From Myxococcota bacterium (GTDB lineage: Bacteria; Myxococcota_C; UBA6777), in assembly GCA_023150835.1 (NCBI GenBank), contig JAKLKB010000075.1, positions 1-32,574 on the forward strand: a DNA stretch of 32,574 bases, read 5' to 3'. The stretch's first letter is position 1. Each line of letters begins with the position of its first letter. A program made the translations under genes and the position numbers. Of the stretch, positions 15,992 to 25,065 are shown one piece after another. The notes below the pieces were generated by a model that was given only the letters and a program-made list of their open reading frames with translations, searched no databases and was not told the DNA's origin.

Positions 15992-18313
15992 TTAGAAGCG
16001 CTGGGAGGGAGCACGTTGTCGGACAAAGAGAAGGGCAAAGAGCAAGAAGAGGGCGAATGGAAGGGGGAAAGAGGTGGGTGGAGACGTTTGGCAGCTACAG
16101 CCTGCGCCTGTGGGAGCGAGTTTTGCTTTGCAGGCGGGATCTTGTGTGCAAGAGGGGTCGTTGCAGCGTTGAGAGCAGGGCGGGTTGAGGACGGTGGGTG
16201 CGGGCCAACAAGCGCTTGCTTGGAGGCAAGTGTAGCCTGTGGGGCATGCGCTATCGTTGGTACAAGGTCGCGAACAGCGGGAAGTTCCGCTGACTTCGGC
16301 GCAAAGATCGGTTTGGCAGTCGGCGTGTTGTGAGCAGATATCGCCGACAGGTCGTTTGTTGGTGGGGCAGGGCAGGTCGCCGTCTTTGCAGTCTTCGTCG
16401 ATGCCGTTGCCGCAGATCTCGGTGGCATTGGGGTGGATCTTGGGATCGTTGTCGTTGCAGTCTTGGGGGCCTTGGCAGTCGGGGCCGACACCATAGCCGT
16501 CTTTGTCTTTGTCTACGCAGTTCGTTGTACCGCAAGGACGGTCGCCTGCGGCGCAGTCTTCGTCGATGCCATTGCCGCAGATCTCAGGTGCGCCCGGATA
16601 GATCTTGGGATCGTTGTCGTTGCAATCGAAAGGCTCGGGGCATCCGACTTTTTGAGCGAAGTATCCGTCTTTGTCTTTGTCTTCGCAGGTGGGAGGGCAG
16701 GGCATATCGCCGTCTTTGCAGTCTTCGTCGATGCCGTTGCCGCAGATCTCGCGTGCACCCGGGTGGATCTTGGGATCGTTGTCGTTGCAGTCTTGGGGGC
16801 CTTGGCAGTCAGGGCCGACTCCGTAGCCGTCTTTGTCTTTGTCTACACAGTTGATCTTTGCAGAGACGGTGATCTCGATGGATAGGGCGGGTCCAAAGCG
16901 CTTGCCTTGTGCTTCGAGTTGCCAAGTGTTTTTGAAGGTTCCTGTGGTCGAAGGGGCTGTAAAGTTTGCTTGAAATGCCTTGGTTTGGCCGGTCTTGATC
17001 TGATCGGCAGAAGCGAGGTCGATGCGCGAGAGGCCGAGATCATCGCCTCCTGTGCGGACGAGCGCATAACCATCCGCACGAGACCACACGGTGGTTCCGA
17101 TGTTTTCGAGGGTCCATGTCTTTTGGAAGGCGTCGCCTGCTTGGACAGCGATGGGGTTGGGTGGGCTTTCTTGAGTGAGTTTGGCATCGTCGACGGGGGC
17201 GGCTGCGACATTTGCGATGTCGGAGCCTGTGTAATAATGGCGGATGATCTGTTCGGCTGTTTTTCCGCATTTGCCCATGGCTTCGGCTCCACGCTGACAG
17301 AGGCCGACACGATGCCCATACACGCCCCAACAAGTGCTGTTGCTGGGTTGTCCTTTGCAGATCACGGTGCAGGCTCCTGTCTTGTTTTCGATGCAGTCCA
17401 CAGACTGAAGGTAGGGAAGGGCTGTGGAAGACCACCCTGCGTCTTTGTTGCTGCGTGTGCTTCCGCCGCAGCTTGCGGCAAAATAGCCGCCCACAAGGGA
17501 AGTTCCGTGTACCGCGACTTGGGAGCGGGTTTCATCGACAGCGCGGGTGGTTGAGGCGTATTGGGTGGTTCCCCAGACTTGGCATTGTGTGGTGATGCAG
17601 ATCGCCTTGGTTCCGCCGCGTGTGTAGCTAACGGTGTAGCTTCTTGCGGCGATGGCTTGGGCTTTTTGGGCTTCGAGAGGAAAAGAAGATCCGATCTCTT
17701 TGGGCAGGACGCCTTTGAGGTATTCTTCGAGGGGCAGCTTGAGTTTTCCGCCGGGTGGAAGGGAAGTTCCGCCGACTTGGTAGGTGGTGGAAGTATTGTT
17801 TTCGATCTCGATGGTGGCAGGGACGGGATAGGTGGGGGCGTAAGGGATGGGGTCGAAAGGACGAGGGATATCCATCGGAGCAGGCTGTTCTTGGTGTCGG
17901 TGCTGGAGGGTTTCAGGAGCGCGGATCAGACGGTCTGCTTCGGCAAGCCGAGCCAGCGGTGGCAGCGCGATCAGGATATCACGGTGATGAGAAGGTGAGA
18001 GGTAGGCTTGGGTCGTACTCATATAACCCGCAGCTTCGGCGCGGATCGCGTAGCTGGATCGAGAAGGAGCCACAAACCGATGATGGCCGTTTGAGTCGCT
18101 GATTCCGAGGCGTTGGAGGCCGTCGATGTATAGCCTTGCGCCTACAATCGGCTGCTGCGTCAAGATATCGATCACGCGCACTTGCGTAAACATGGAGAGA
18201 TTGTCTGGGACACTGCGCAGCGGATGCGGAGTTCCCGCGCTGAGCAAGAGAGCCAAGCAAGCCCCCCCCAACCAAAGCAGACGTTTCAAGAAAAAACCAG
18301 CGTTCTGCATCAA
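15992..18313 (-). CDS. SpoIID/LytB-domain protein with carboxypeptidase-regulatory-like, NBR1-Ig-like and three MopE-like Cys/Asp repeats, and a MYXO-CTERM signal
   Basis: LEEYLKGVLPKE ... EAQKAQAIAARSY and GHRVGLCQRGA ... IIRHYY; FQKTWTLENIGTTVW; DKDKDGY ... DCNDNDPKIHPGAREICGNGIDEDC x3; GAGCSCQT + TM + RQR. Confidence 0.88.
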   Translation of the reverse strand: MMQNAGFFLKRLLWLGGACLALLLSAGTPHPLRSVPDNLSMFTQVRVIDILTQQPIVGARLYIDGLQRLGISDSNGHHRFVAPSRSSYAIRAEAAGYMSTTQAYLSPSHHRDILIALPPLARLAEADRLIRAPETLQHRHQEQPAPMDIPRPFDPIPYAPTYPVPATIEIENNTSTTYQVGGTSLPPGGKLKLPLEEYLKGVLPKEIGSSFPLEAQKAQAIAARSYTVSYTRGGTKAICITTQCQVWGTTQYASTTRAVDETRSQVAVHGTSLVGGYFAASCGGSTRSNKDAGWSSTALPYLQSVDCIENKTGACTVICKGQPSNSTCWGVYGHRVGLCQRGAEAMGKCGKTAEQIIRHYYTGSDIANVAAAPVDDAKLTQESPPNPIAVQAGDAFQKTWTLENIGTTVWSRADGYALVRTGGDDLGLSRIDLASADQIKTGQTKAFQANFTAPSTTGTFKNTWQLEAQGKRFGPALSIEITVSAKINCVDKDKDGYGVGPDCQGPQDCNDNDPKIHPGAREICGNGIDEDCKDGDMPCPPTCEDKDKDGYFAQKVGCPEPFDCNDNDPKIYPGAPEICGNGIDEDCAAGDRPCGTTNCVDKDKDGYGVGPDCQGPQDCNDNDPKIHPNATEICGNGIDEDCKDGDLPCPTNKRPVGDICSQHADCQTDLCAEVSGTSRCSRPCTNDSACPTGYTCLQASACWPAPTVLNPPCSQRCNDPSCTQDPACKAKLAPTGAGCSCQTSPPTSFPLPFALFLLFALLFVRQRAPSQRF

Positions 18314-18474
18314 AGCAACCTTTCTGGGCCGATATCGCGGAATGACCCACCGCCCTTTTTGCTCTTTGCGATGTCACCCACCAACATGCTTTGACTGCAC
18401 GCGGACGGTGGACATACGGCTCAAAACATCTAGCACATCTCGTTGGTTATCGGCAAGATCAACAAAAAAGAGTC

Positions 18475-18713
18475 CACGGAAAACACGGAAGGCACGGAAG
18501 AAGCGGAAGAATCGGAAGAAGCGGAAGAATCGGAAGAATCGGAAGAAGCGGAAGAAGCGGAAGAAGCGGAAGAAGCGGAAGAAGCGGAAGAAGCGGAAGA
18601 AGCGGAAGAAGCGGAAGAAGCGGAAGAAGCGGAGGAGGCGGAGGAGGCGGAAGAGGCGGAAGAAGCGGAAGAAGCGGAAGAAGCGGAGGAGGCGGAAGAG
18701 GCGGAAGAGGCGG
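18475..18713. repeat. 9-bp microsatellite (GCGGAAGAA)n, about 26 units
   Basis: cacggaaaa-cacggaagg-cacggaaga seed grading into gcggaagaa / tcggaagaa / gcggaggag units. Confidence 0.92.
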
Positions 18714-18717
18714 CCTT

Positions 18718-18846
18718 AAAAAAATCCGTGTTCGAGGAGGTTCAAGCGGCACCGTTGTTTGTTTGAAAAACGTCTGTGTGTTCCGCCAATACGGGGTCAA
18801 GGGGGCGGCGCTCCCTTGCGGGGCGTGGGGTGGAACCCCACCAACC
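18718..18846 (+). repeat. Dispersed repeat family 2, copy 3
   Basis: Aligns to 7083-7209. Confidence 0.8.
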
Positions 18847-18999
18847 AAGGGAAAAAAGGTGAGAGCGGAACCCCACCGATCAAGGGGGGAAAAGGTGTGA
18901 GTGGAACCCCACCAACCAAGGGAAAAAAGGTGAGAGCGGAACCCCACCGATCAAGGGGGGAAAAGGTGTGAGTGGAACCCCAGCAACCCAAGAAAAAAC
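18830..18999. repeat. 35/36-bp alternating tandem repeat (71-bp dimer x2 plus a partial unit)
   Basis: g(t/c)ggaacccca units start at 18830, 18865, 18901, 18936, 18972. Confidence 0.9.
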
Positions 19000-19084
19000 A
19001 GAGGGGTTTACCTCGACGGGAGGGAGGTCAAAAAGAGCGGATGATGGGGAGGTATAGAGAGGGGAAGGGAGAGAGGGGGGGAGA

Positions 19085-21358
19085 TTAAGCGGCAGCGTTG
19101 GCTTTGCGCAAGACGTTGAGGGCGGAACCTTCTTTGAACCACTCGATCTGTTCTTCGTTGAGGGAGTGTTTGAGGTCGATTTTTTCGGTGGATCCGTCAG
19201 GATGGGTGATAGTGGCGTGGACGAGGGCACCGGGAGCGAGCTTATCGAGGCCGTGGATGCTGATGCGATCTTTGACGTCGGTGATCTTGTTGTAATCGTC
19301 GGGTTTGGCGAAGGTGAGGGGGAGGACGCCTTGTTTTTTGAGATTGGTTTCAGCGATTCGAGCGAACGAACGAGCGATAGCGGCGGTGATACCGAGAAAA
19401 CGGGGTGAGAGCGCGGCGTGTTCGCGGGAGGAGCCTTCGCCGTAGTTTTCGTCGCCGATCATGACCCAGCCTTGGCCGCGTTTTTTGTAGTCGCGTGCGA
19501 TGGTGGCGAGGGTGGCTTCGTCGCCTGTGAAGACGTTGACGCCGTGTCCGGTTTTGTCGGAGAAGACGTTGGTGGCCCCGAGGCAGAAGTTATCGCTGAT
19601 CTTGTCGAGGTGACCGCGAAATTCGAGCCAAGGGCCGGCAGGGGAGATATGGTCGGTGGTGAGTTTGCCTTTGGCTTTGAGGATGATCACTTGGTCGTTA
19701 AAGTCTTTGCCGTCCCACGCTTCAAAGGGTTCGAGGAGTTGGAGGCGTTTGCTGTCGAGGCTGACGGAGACGGTGACTTTGCTTCCATCGGAGGCGGGGG
19801 CTTCGTAGCCGGGATCTTTGGCGGTAAAGCCCTTGGCAGGGAGTTCTTGGCCGACGGGGGGTTGGAATTTGAAATCGGTTCCGGGGACGTTGTCGGTGAG
19901 GGGGTTGAAGCTGATGGAGCCAGCGAAAGCCATTGCGGTGACGAGTTCGGGGCTGCCGATAAAGGCGTAGGTTTGGGGGTTTCCGTCGTTTCGGGCGCTA
20001 AAGTTTCGGTTAAAGGAGGTGATGATGGAGTTTTTCTCACCTTTTTTCACATCTTTGCGATCCCATTGACCGATACAAGGGCCGCAGGCGTTGGCGAGGA
20101 CTTGGCCGCCGACTTGGGTGAGGGTTTCGAGCTGGCCATCGCGGGTGATGGTGTCTTGGATCTGGTTGGAGCCGGGGGTGATCATAAAGAAGCTTTTGAC
20201 TTTGAGTCCGGCATCAGCGGCTTGTTTGGCGAGGTGTGCGGAGCGGCTGATATCTTCGTAAGAAGAGTTGGTACAGCTACCGATGAGTGCGCCTTTGAGT
20301 TCAGCGGGGTAGCCTTCTTTGGCGACGTCAGCGGCCATTTGAGAGATCGGTCGGGCGAGGTCGGGTGTAAAGGGTCCGACGACGTAGGGTTCGAGTTCAG
20401 AGAGATTGATATCGATGATTTGATCGAAGTATTTTTCGGGGCTGACTTCGACATCGGTGTCTGCGACGAGGAGTTCGGCGTATTGGTCGGCGAGGTCGGC
20501 GAGGTCAGCGCGGCTGGTGTTGCGGAGGTAAGCGCCGCTGCGGGAGTCGTAGGGGAAGATCGAGGTAGTTGCGCCGACTTCTGCGCCCATGTTGGTGATG
20601 GTGGCTTTTCCGGTGCCGCTGATGGAGCGGGTGCCGGGGCCAAAGTATTCGATGATGTGGTTGGTGCCGCCTTTGACGGTGAGGATACCAGCGAGTTTGA
20701 GGATCACGTCTTTTGCGGAGGCCCATCCGTTGAATTCGCCTGTGAGGCGAACGCCGATCAGTTTGGGCATGGTGACGGTCCATGCGAGTCCGGACATGAC
20801 TTCGGAGGCATCGGCTCCACCGACACCGATCGCGATCATGCCGAGTCCACCGGCGTTGGGTGTGTGAGAGTCGGTTCCGATCATCATGCCGCCCGGGAAG
20901 GCGTAGTTTTCGAGGACGACTTGGTGGATGATCCCTGCGCCCGGCTTCCAAAAGCCCATGCCGTATTTGTTGGCGGTGGAGCGGAGGAAGTCGTAGACTT
21001 CTTTGTTGGTGTCTTTGGCTTCGGCGAGGTCGAGATCAACGCCGTCACGAGCGCGGATCAGGTGGTCGCAGTGGACGGTGGTGGGAGCGGCGACTTGGGC
21101 GCGTCCGGCGAGCATGAATTGGAGGATCGCCATCTGAGCGGTGGCGTCTTGGAGGGCGACGCGGTCGGGATTGAGCAGGACGGTGGCCTTGCCGCGTGTG
21201 AGATCTTGGGTTTCTGGATCGGTCATGTGGCTGAAGAGGATCTTTTCGGAGAGCGTCAAGCCGCGACCGAGACGGCGGCGAGCGATCTCTGTGGTGCTCT
21301 TCATTTTTTCATAGAGTTTTTTGACGCTTGCAGCTTGGCTTTCAATCTTCTGGCTCAT
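19085..21358 (-). CDS. acnA: Aconitate hydratase (mitochondrial-type clade)
   Basis: DRVALQDATAQMA, HCDHLI, GIIHQVVLENYAFPG, GTDSHT, IGSCTNSSYED, NACGPCIG, TTDHISPAG, GEGSSREHAA; AAGGAG RBS supports the start at 21358. Confidence 0.96.
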   Translation of the reverse strand: MSQKIESQAASVKKLYEKMKSTTEIARRRLGRGLTLSEKILFSHMTDPETQDLTRGKATVLLNPDRVALQDATAQMAILQFMLAGRAQVAAPTTVHCDHLIRARDGVDLDLAEAKDTNKEVYDFLRSTANKYGMGFWKPGAGIIHQVVLENYAFPGGMMIGTDSHTPNAGGLGMIAIGVGGADASEVMSGLAWTVTMPKLIGVRLTGEFNGWASAKDVILKLAGILTVKGGTNHIIEYFGPGTRSISGTGKATITNMGAEVGATTSIFPYDSRSGAYLRNTSRADLADLADQYAELLVADTDVEVSPEKYFDQIIDINLSELEPYVVGPFTPDLARPISQMAADVAKEGYPAELKGALIGSCTNSSYEDISRSAHLAKQAADAGLKVKSFFMITPGSNQIQDTITRDGQLETLTQVGGQVLANACGPCIGQWDRKDVKKGEKNSIITSFNRNFSARNDGNPQTYAFIGSPELVTAMAFAGSISFNPLTDNVPGTDFKFQPPVGQELPAKGFTAKDPGYEAPASDGSKVTVSVSLDSKRLQLLEPFEAWDGKDFNDQVIILKAKGKLTTDHISPAGPWLEFRGHLDKISDNFCLGATNVFSDKTGHGVNVFTGDEATLATIARDYKKRGQGWVMIGDENYGEGSSREHAALSPRFLGITAAIARSFARIAETNLKKQGVLPLTFAKPDDYNKITDVKDRISIHGLDKLAPGALVHATITHPDGSTEKIDLKHSLNEEQIEWFKEGSALNVLRKANAAA

Positions 21359-21468
21359 GCCGTCTCCTTGTTCTCTCGTTTGCGATGCGTCCATGCAGAT
21401 GCTTTTGTTTTGGTGGACGTCTCGCCCCAGATGCTTGGGGCGCAAAAAGTAGCGATAAAGCGCGAAAA

Positions 21469-21497
21469 CAGATAGCGGAGAAGTGTCTTCGCGTCAA
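21469..21497 (-). promoter_or_regulatory. Putative sigma70 promoter of aconitase
   Basis: TTGACG-17 nt-TATCTG on the minus strand. Confidence 0.45.
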
Positions 21498-21682
21498 GAT
21501 GCGTTTTCAAGTTGTGCTAAGACACAGCACAAAGAGACGTGTTTCTCCCTTGTTTTGCAAGGATGTCTTGTGGTTGTGATGACGTAAGCTTGGGTGGGTT
21601 CTTGGGGTTTGTCAGGCGGAGTGAGTTTTCGGACTAGGGTGAGATCGAGATCGCAGGAGAGGGGAGTATGGATGGAGGGTTA

Positions 21683-21794
21683 TACGAGATCCGCAGGGCG
21701 TGTGATCGCAAAACGTAGAGGCAGACAGGTGTGGCTGCCCAACAATCGGGTGTCTACGTACGACCCTTCGCTCACACATCACACGGATATCGTA
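21683..21794 (+). mobile_element. MITE-like family 1 copy
   Basis: TTA | tacgagatccg ... cggatatcgta | TTA: 11-bp terminal inverted repeats and a 3-bp flanking duplication. Confidence 0.8.
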
Positions 21795-22778
21795 TTATTG
21801 GATGCGATCGAGGGGGATGTTGTGTTTTTGGAGGTCGGATTGGACGATGCGTGCGACGATGGGGAAGCGTTTGGCGTAGCGTTGGTAGAGCAGGCGGTAG
21901 ACCATGGCGGCGCGGCTTGGTTCGCCGGATTCAGCGAGGCGGCGTGCGCGTTCGAGTGAGGGGTAGATATCGCGAAACAGTTTCATGTGTTTGCGTGCGC
22001 GATCTTGCATGGGGCTTTCGGGGTTGGCCTTGAGCCAGCCTTGCAAGAGCCACCATTTGCCGCTGAGTTCGTAGCGTTCATAACGCATCACAAGGATCTT
22101 TTGGCGGGCGTCTTGGGCGTAGGGTCCGTTGGGGAATCGCTCCACAAAGAGGCGATAGTTGCGGATACTTGGGTTTTTTTGAACACGTTGCCACCAGAGA
22201 TTGTGATGTTTTTCGACGGCTTGTTGAACGAATCGCCCTTTGGGAAAGTGTCGGAGATAGGCTTCGAGTCCGCGAATGCTTTCAAATTGCAGGGCTTTTT
22301 GAAAGAACTTTTCTTCGATGCGTTCTTTGGCTTCGCGGGAAAACTGGCCGCGAGGGAAGCGTTCGAGAAAAGCGCGGTAGTTTTCGAGTGTATCGCGATC
22401 GCGTGCGCGCTGGTAGGCTTTGATCTCGATCTGTGTGCTGGCTTGGCGGCGGTAGCGGCCTTGGGGAAATTCGCGCAAGTAAGCCGAATAGCTTTCTTCG
22501 CTGTTTTCTTCGGAGGCTTTTTGAAACGCGAGGGTTTCGAGGCGCTCTTCGGCGGGTTTGCGGTCGGGGCTTTGAGGGTATTGGCGGATAAATTCGCGGT
22601 ATCCGTCCATCGTATCTTTTCGACGGACCTCGGTATAAGACGAGACACACCCTACCATCCCGCTTGCCCCGCCTACCGCGCTCATCCCGATCGTGTAGCC
22701 TAGCATCAAGAGGACGCCCCACATCGGTCTTCGTTTTCTGCTGTGTCTAAGCATCCTGTTACCGTTTGTCGAATCCAT
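21795..22778 (-). CDS. Probable lipoprotein with six 37-aa helical repeats
   Basis: Hydrophobic stretch ending GMVG-C; repeats such as YQRARDRDTLENYRAFLERFPRGQFSREAKERIEEKF. The ORF-track extension to 22850 lies inside a MITE copy; alternative start at 22754. Confidence 0.8.
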   Translation of the reverse strand: MDSTNGNRMLRHSRKRRPMWGVLLMLGYTIGMSAVGGASGMVGCVSSYTEVRRKDTMDGYREFIRQYPQSPDRKPAEERLETLAFQKASEENSEESYSAYLREFPQGRYRRQASTQIEIKAYQRARDRDTLENYRAFLERFPRGQFSREAKERIEEKFFQKALQFESIRGLEAYLRHFPKGRFVQQAVEKHHNLWWQRVQKNPSIRNYRLFVERFPNGPYAQDARQKILVMRYERYELSGKWWLLQGWLKANPESPMQDRARKHMKLFRDIYPSLERARRLAESGEPSRAAMVYRLLYQRYAKRFPIVARIVQSDLQKHNIPLDRIQ

Positions 22779-22788
22779 CGATTTTTCT

Positions 22789-22899
22789 TCCAGAATCCGA
22801 GTGATGTACACAAAGGAGAGTACGTAGACGCCCTGTAATAGGGCAGCCACAGGAGGCTGCCCCTATCTCTTTACGATCACACGACGGGCGGATCTCGTA
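22789..22899 (-). mobile_element. MITE-like family 1 copy (reverse)
   Basis: gggcagccacaggaggctgcccctat core; ends cggatctcgta | taa. Confidence 0.8.
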
Positions 22900-23149
22900 T
22901 AAGCCGTTGTTGTAGCGCGATACATGGCGCACAAAGGCTGCCTGCTGCCGCTCCCCCAAGCCTTTATCAGATCGTATCCAAAGACGCAAGTCGTGTGTCG
23001 TTGTGTTGCCTCATCGCGAGCCACACAAGGCCGATATCCGCGCAAAAAGGCGCAAAAAGTCCTTTCCTTTTCAAGTCTTACTTTACAAGAGTGCAGGTTC
23101 AACAGAGAAAAAGCCAGTCAAGTCCTTGTGCTGAGCGGTCAAAATAGTG

Positions 23150-23178
23150 TTGACACCCTAGATGATCCAGACTATACA
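23150..23178 (+). promoter_or_regulatory. sigma70 promoter of hup
   Basis: TTGACA-17 nt-TATACA. Confidence 0.65.
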
Positions 23179-23280
23179 GCGAAAGGCTTTGGTGTCTTTG
23201 CGTACGTTCGTTCTTCGGGGCAAGCCACGGCACGAAGGAGCGAACGCTGGAACGAACAACCATCATGAGGAGAGAGTCGG

Positions 23281-23562
23281 ATGACGAAAGCTGAATTGAT
23301 CGACAAAGTGATTGGTGAAGTGGGTGCTGACAAACTGACCAAGAAGCTGACCGAAGAGCTGATCGAAGCGACCTTCGAGGCGATGAAAGATTCCCTTTTG
23401 AAAGAAGGGCGTTTCTCTTATCCGAGTTTTGGTACCTTTTCGGTGAAAGAGCGCGCTTCTCGCAAGGGACGTAATCCCCAAACAGGTCAAGAGATCGACA
23501 TCCCTGCATCGAAAACTGTGTCTTTCAAGCCCGCGCCCAAGTTCAAAGAAGGTCTCAAGTAA
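23281..23562 (+). CDS. hup: HU-family DNA-binding protein
   Basis: MTKAELID, FGTFSVKERASRKGRNPQTGQEIDIPASKTVSFKP; GAGGAG RBS. Confidence 0.96.
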   Translation: MTKAELIDKVIGEVGADKLTKKLTEELIEATFEAMKDSLLKEGRFSYPSFGTFSVKERASRKGRNPQTGQEIDIPASKTVSFKPAPKFKEGLK

Positions 23563-23590
23563 TCCAATATCCTTTGCGTTTCGTTTTTTT

Positions 23591-23613
23591 GCGGTGGGCT
23601 TCGGCCCACTCGC
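23591..23613 (+). other. Stable cUUCGg hairpin 3' of hup
   Basis: gcggtgggc-ttcg-gcccactcgc; the T tract lies upstream, so not a canonical terminator. Confidence 0.5.
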
Positions 23614-23839
23614 AGAGCTTGCCCTTGCCTTGTCCTGCCTAGTCGATTCTTCACAAAGATTTCTTCATAAAATGTTTTTGGTTTCATCTACAGCGAACAA
23701 CCTCCATCGCGTGATGCGTTGTGTTCGTGCGTTTTGGGCGCTGCGGCGCAGAAAAATAGACGAGGCGATACTTTCTGGTCCAAATAAGGCAGACAAGGCC
23801 GAGAAGCCTTGCTGCATGGATGTTCAGAAGGAGGTCGAG

Positions 23840-24415
23840 ATGTTGGATGCGCGTTTGGGAGGATGGTTGGTCTTGGGGATCTTGTTGATGGCGGCCCAAG
23901 GGCCGTGTTCGCCGATGTGTCCCGATGGATCGGTGGCGACCGAATCGGGGTTGTGTATGGTGGAGTTGCGTCCGGGGCGAGGATGGCGCGCTCTTCAAAA
24001 CGGCGATATCTCGGTGCGCTTGGCGGAGCAGGGGAGAGACAGTTCGGGGTTGTATGGGTTTTGGTTGGTGGAGCTTCCCGAGGAATTGCGCGCAGAATCG
24101 GGGGTTCGGGGGCAGTTGGGAGCGTGGAAATTGGTGATCCGCCGAGACGGCGATCAGAGCTTGCCTGAGCAGATGTTGTTGCGTTGGCGCTTGTCGGGTC
24201 AGATCCCTCGTTTGCCTGCGCAAGACAGCGTGGCCTTGGTGGCGCGTTGGGTGGATGGTCACAAGCGTCATACACGCCAATTGATCGGGCATTTCGAGCA
24301 TCAGTCTGGTATCTTGCAGGTCAAACTGGAAAATTGGACGGCGGGAACACAGCAGGTTGAGTTGATCCCCGTCCGTTGGGCTGGAAAAACCAAACGCCAA
24401 GTGGCTCGTTTGTGA
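23840..24415 (+). CDS. Hypothetical exported protein
   Basis: AAGGAGG RBS before ATG 23840; hydrophobic N-terminus followed by CSPMCPDG ... C. Confidence 0.65.
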   Translation: MLDARLGGWLVLGILLMAAQGPCSPMCPDGSVATESGLCMVELRPGRGWRALQNGDISVRLAEQGRDSSGLYGFWLVELPEELRAESGVRGQLGAWKLVIRRDGDQSLPEQMLLRWRLSGQIPRLPAQDSVALVARWVDGHKRHTRQLIGHFEHQSGILQVKLENWTAGTQQVELIPVRWAGKTKRQVARL

Positions 24416-24642
24416 TGCGTAAAATTTGACTTGTATTTCTTAAAATGGTGAATAGTATTCTGTCGGTCTAGCGACGTTCGTTCAAAGATTGAGCAACAAA
24501 GGCTTTGTGGCCACAACAGCGGCCCAATGCTTCTTGTTGAATCGAAACGGGAAGCGCAACGTCCAATCGGCGCGAGATACGATAAAGAAAGAAGGTATCT
24601 CTTGTGTAGGTTTTTGTTTATTGCGTGAGAAGGAGAACGATC

Positions 24643-24801
24643 ATGAAGAAATTGGCTGCTATGTTCCTGTTGTTGTTCGCTGTGGGCTTCGCTTCTGTTG
24701 CGGTGACTGGCTGTCCTGCCCCCACCAACACCGAAAAAGCCGCTGAAGCTGCTGCAGAAACAGCAACCGAAGCAACCGGCGACGGTGGCGCAACCGATTG
24801 A
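24643..24801 (+). CDS. Small 52-aa lipoprotein (not in the ORF track)
   Basis: AAGGAG RBS; MKKLAAMFLLLFAVGFASVAVTG-CPAPTNTEKAAEAAAETATEATGDGGATD; lipobox VTGC; terminator downstream. Confidence 0.85.
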   Translation: MKKLAAMFLLLFAVGFASVAVTGCPAPTNTEKAAEAAAETATEATGDGGATD

Positions 24802-24914
24802 TGCGTTGACGCACAGTGGAACAGAGCGAGTGCTGCGGGTTGTGACACACAACGCACAGCGACGCCCACAAAACAAACAGCACAGACCTTTGGGTCTGGA
24901 TGTGTTCTGTTTTC

Positions 24915-24941
24915 AAAGGTCCGAAAGGGCCTTTTTTTTTT
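24915..24941 (+). terminator. Intrinsic terminator
   Basis: aaaggtcc-gaaa-gggcc followed by a long T tract. Confidence 0.8.
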
Positions 24942-25065
24942 GCCTTGGACTCGCTGGTTTGTTTGATCTTTGGGGGCGGATGCTTGATCCGATCAGATAG
25001 GGGTTGTGTTGGAAAAATCGAGAAAAGCCGAGGAAGCGATCAGAGAAGATGACAGAAGCAAATCA

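Noticed and set aside
18443-18766. Glu/Ala-rich 107-aa CDS
   Set aside because: All frames are open through the microsatellite, no clear RBS, and the C-terminus comes from a family 2 repeat; not called as a gene
19418-21475. 685-aa plus-strand ORF and similar long antisense ORFs
   Set aside because: Antisense shadows of well-supported genes such as aconitase
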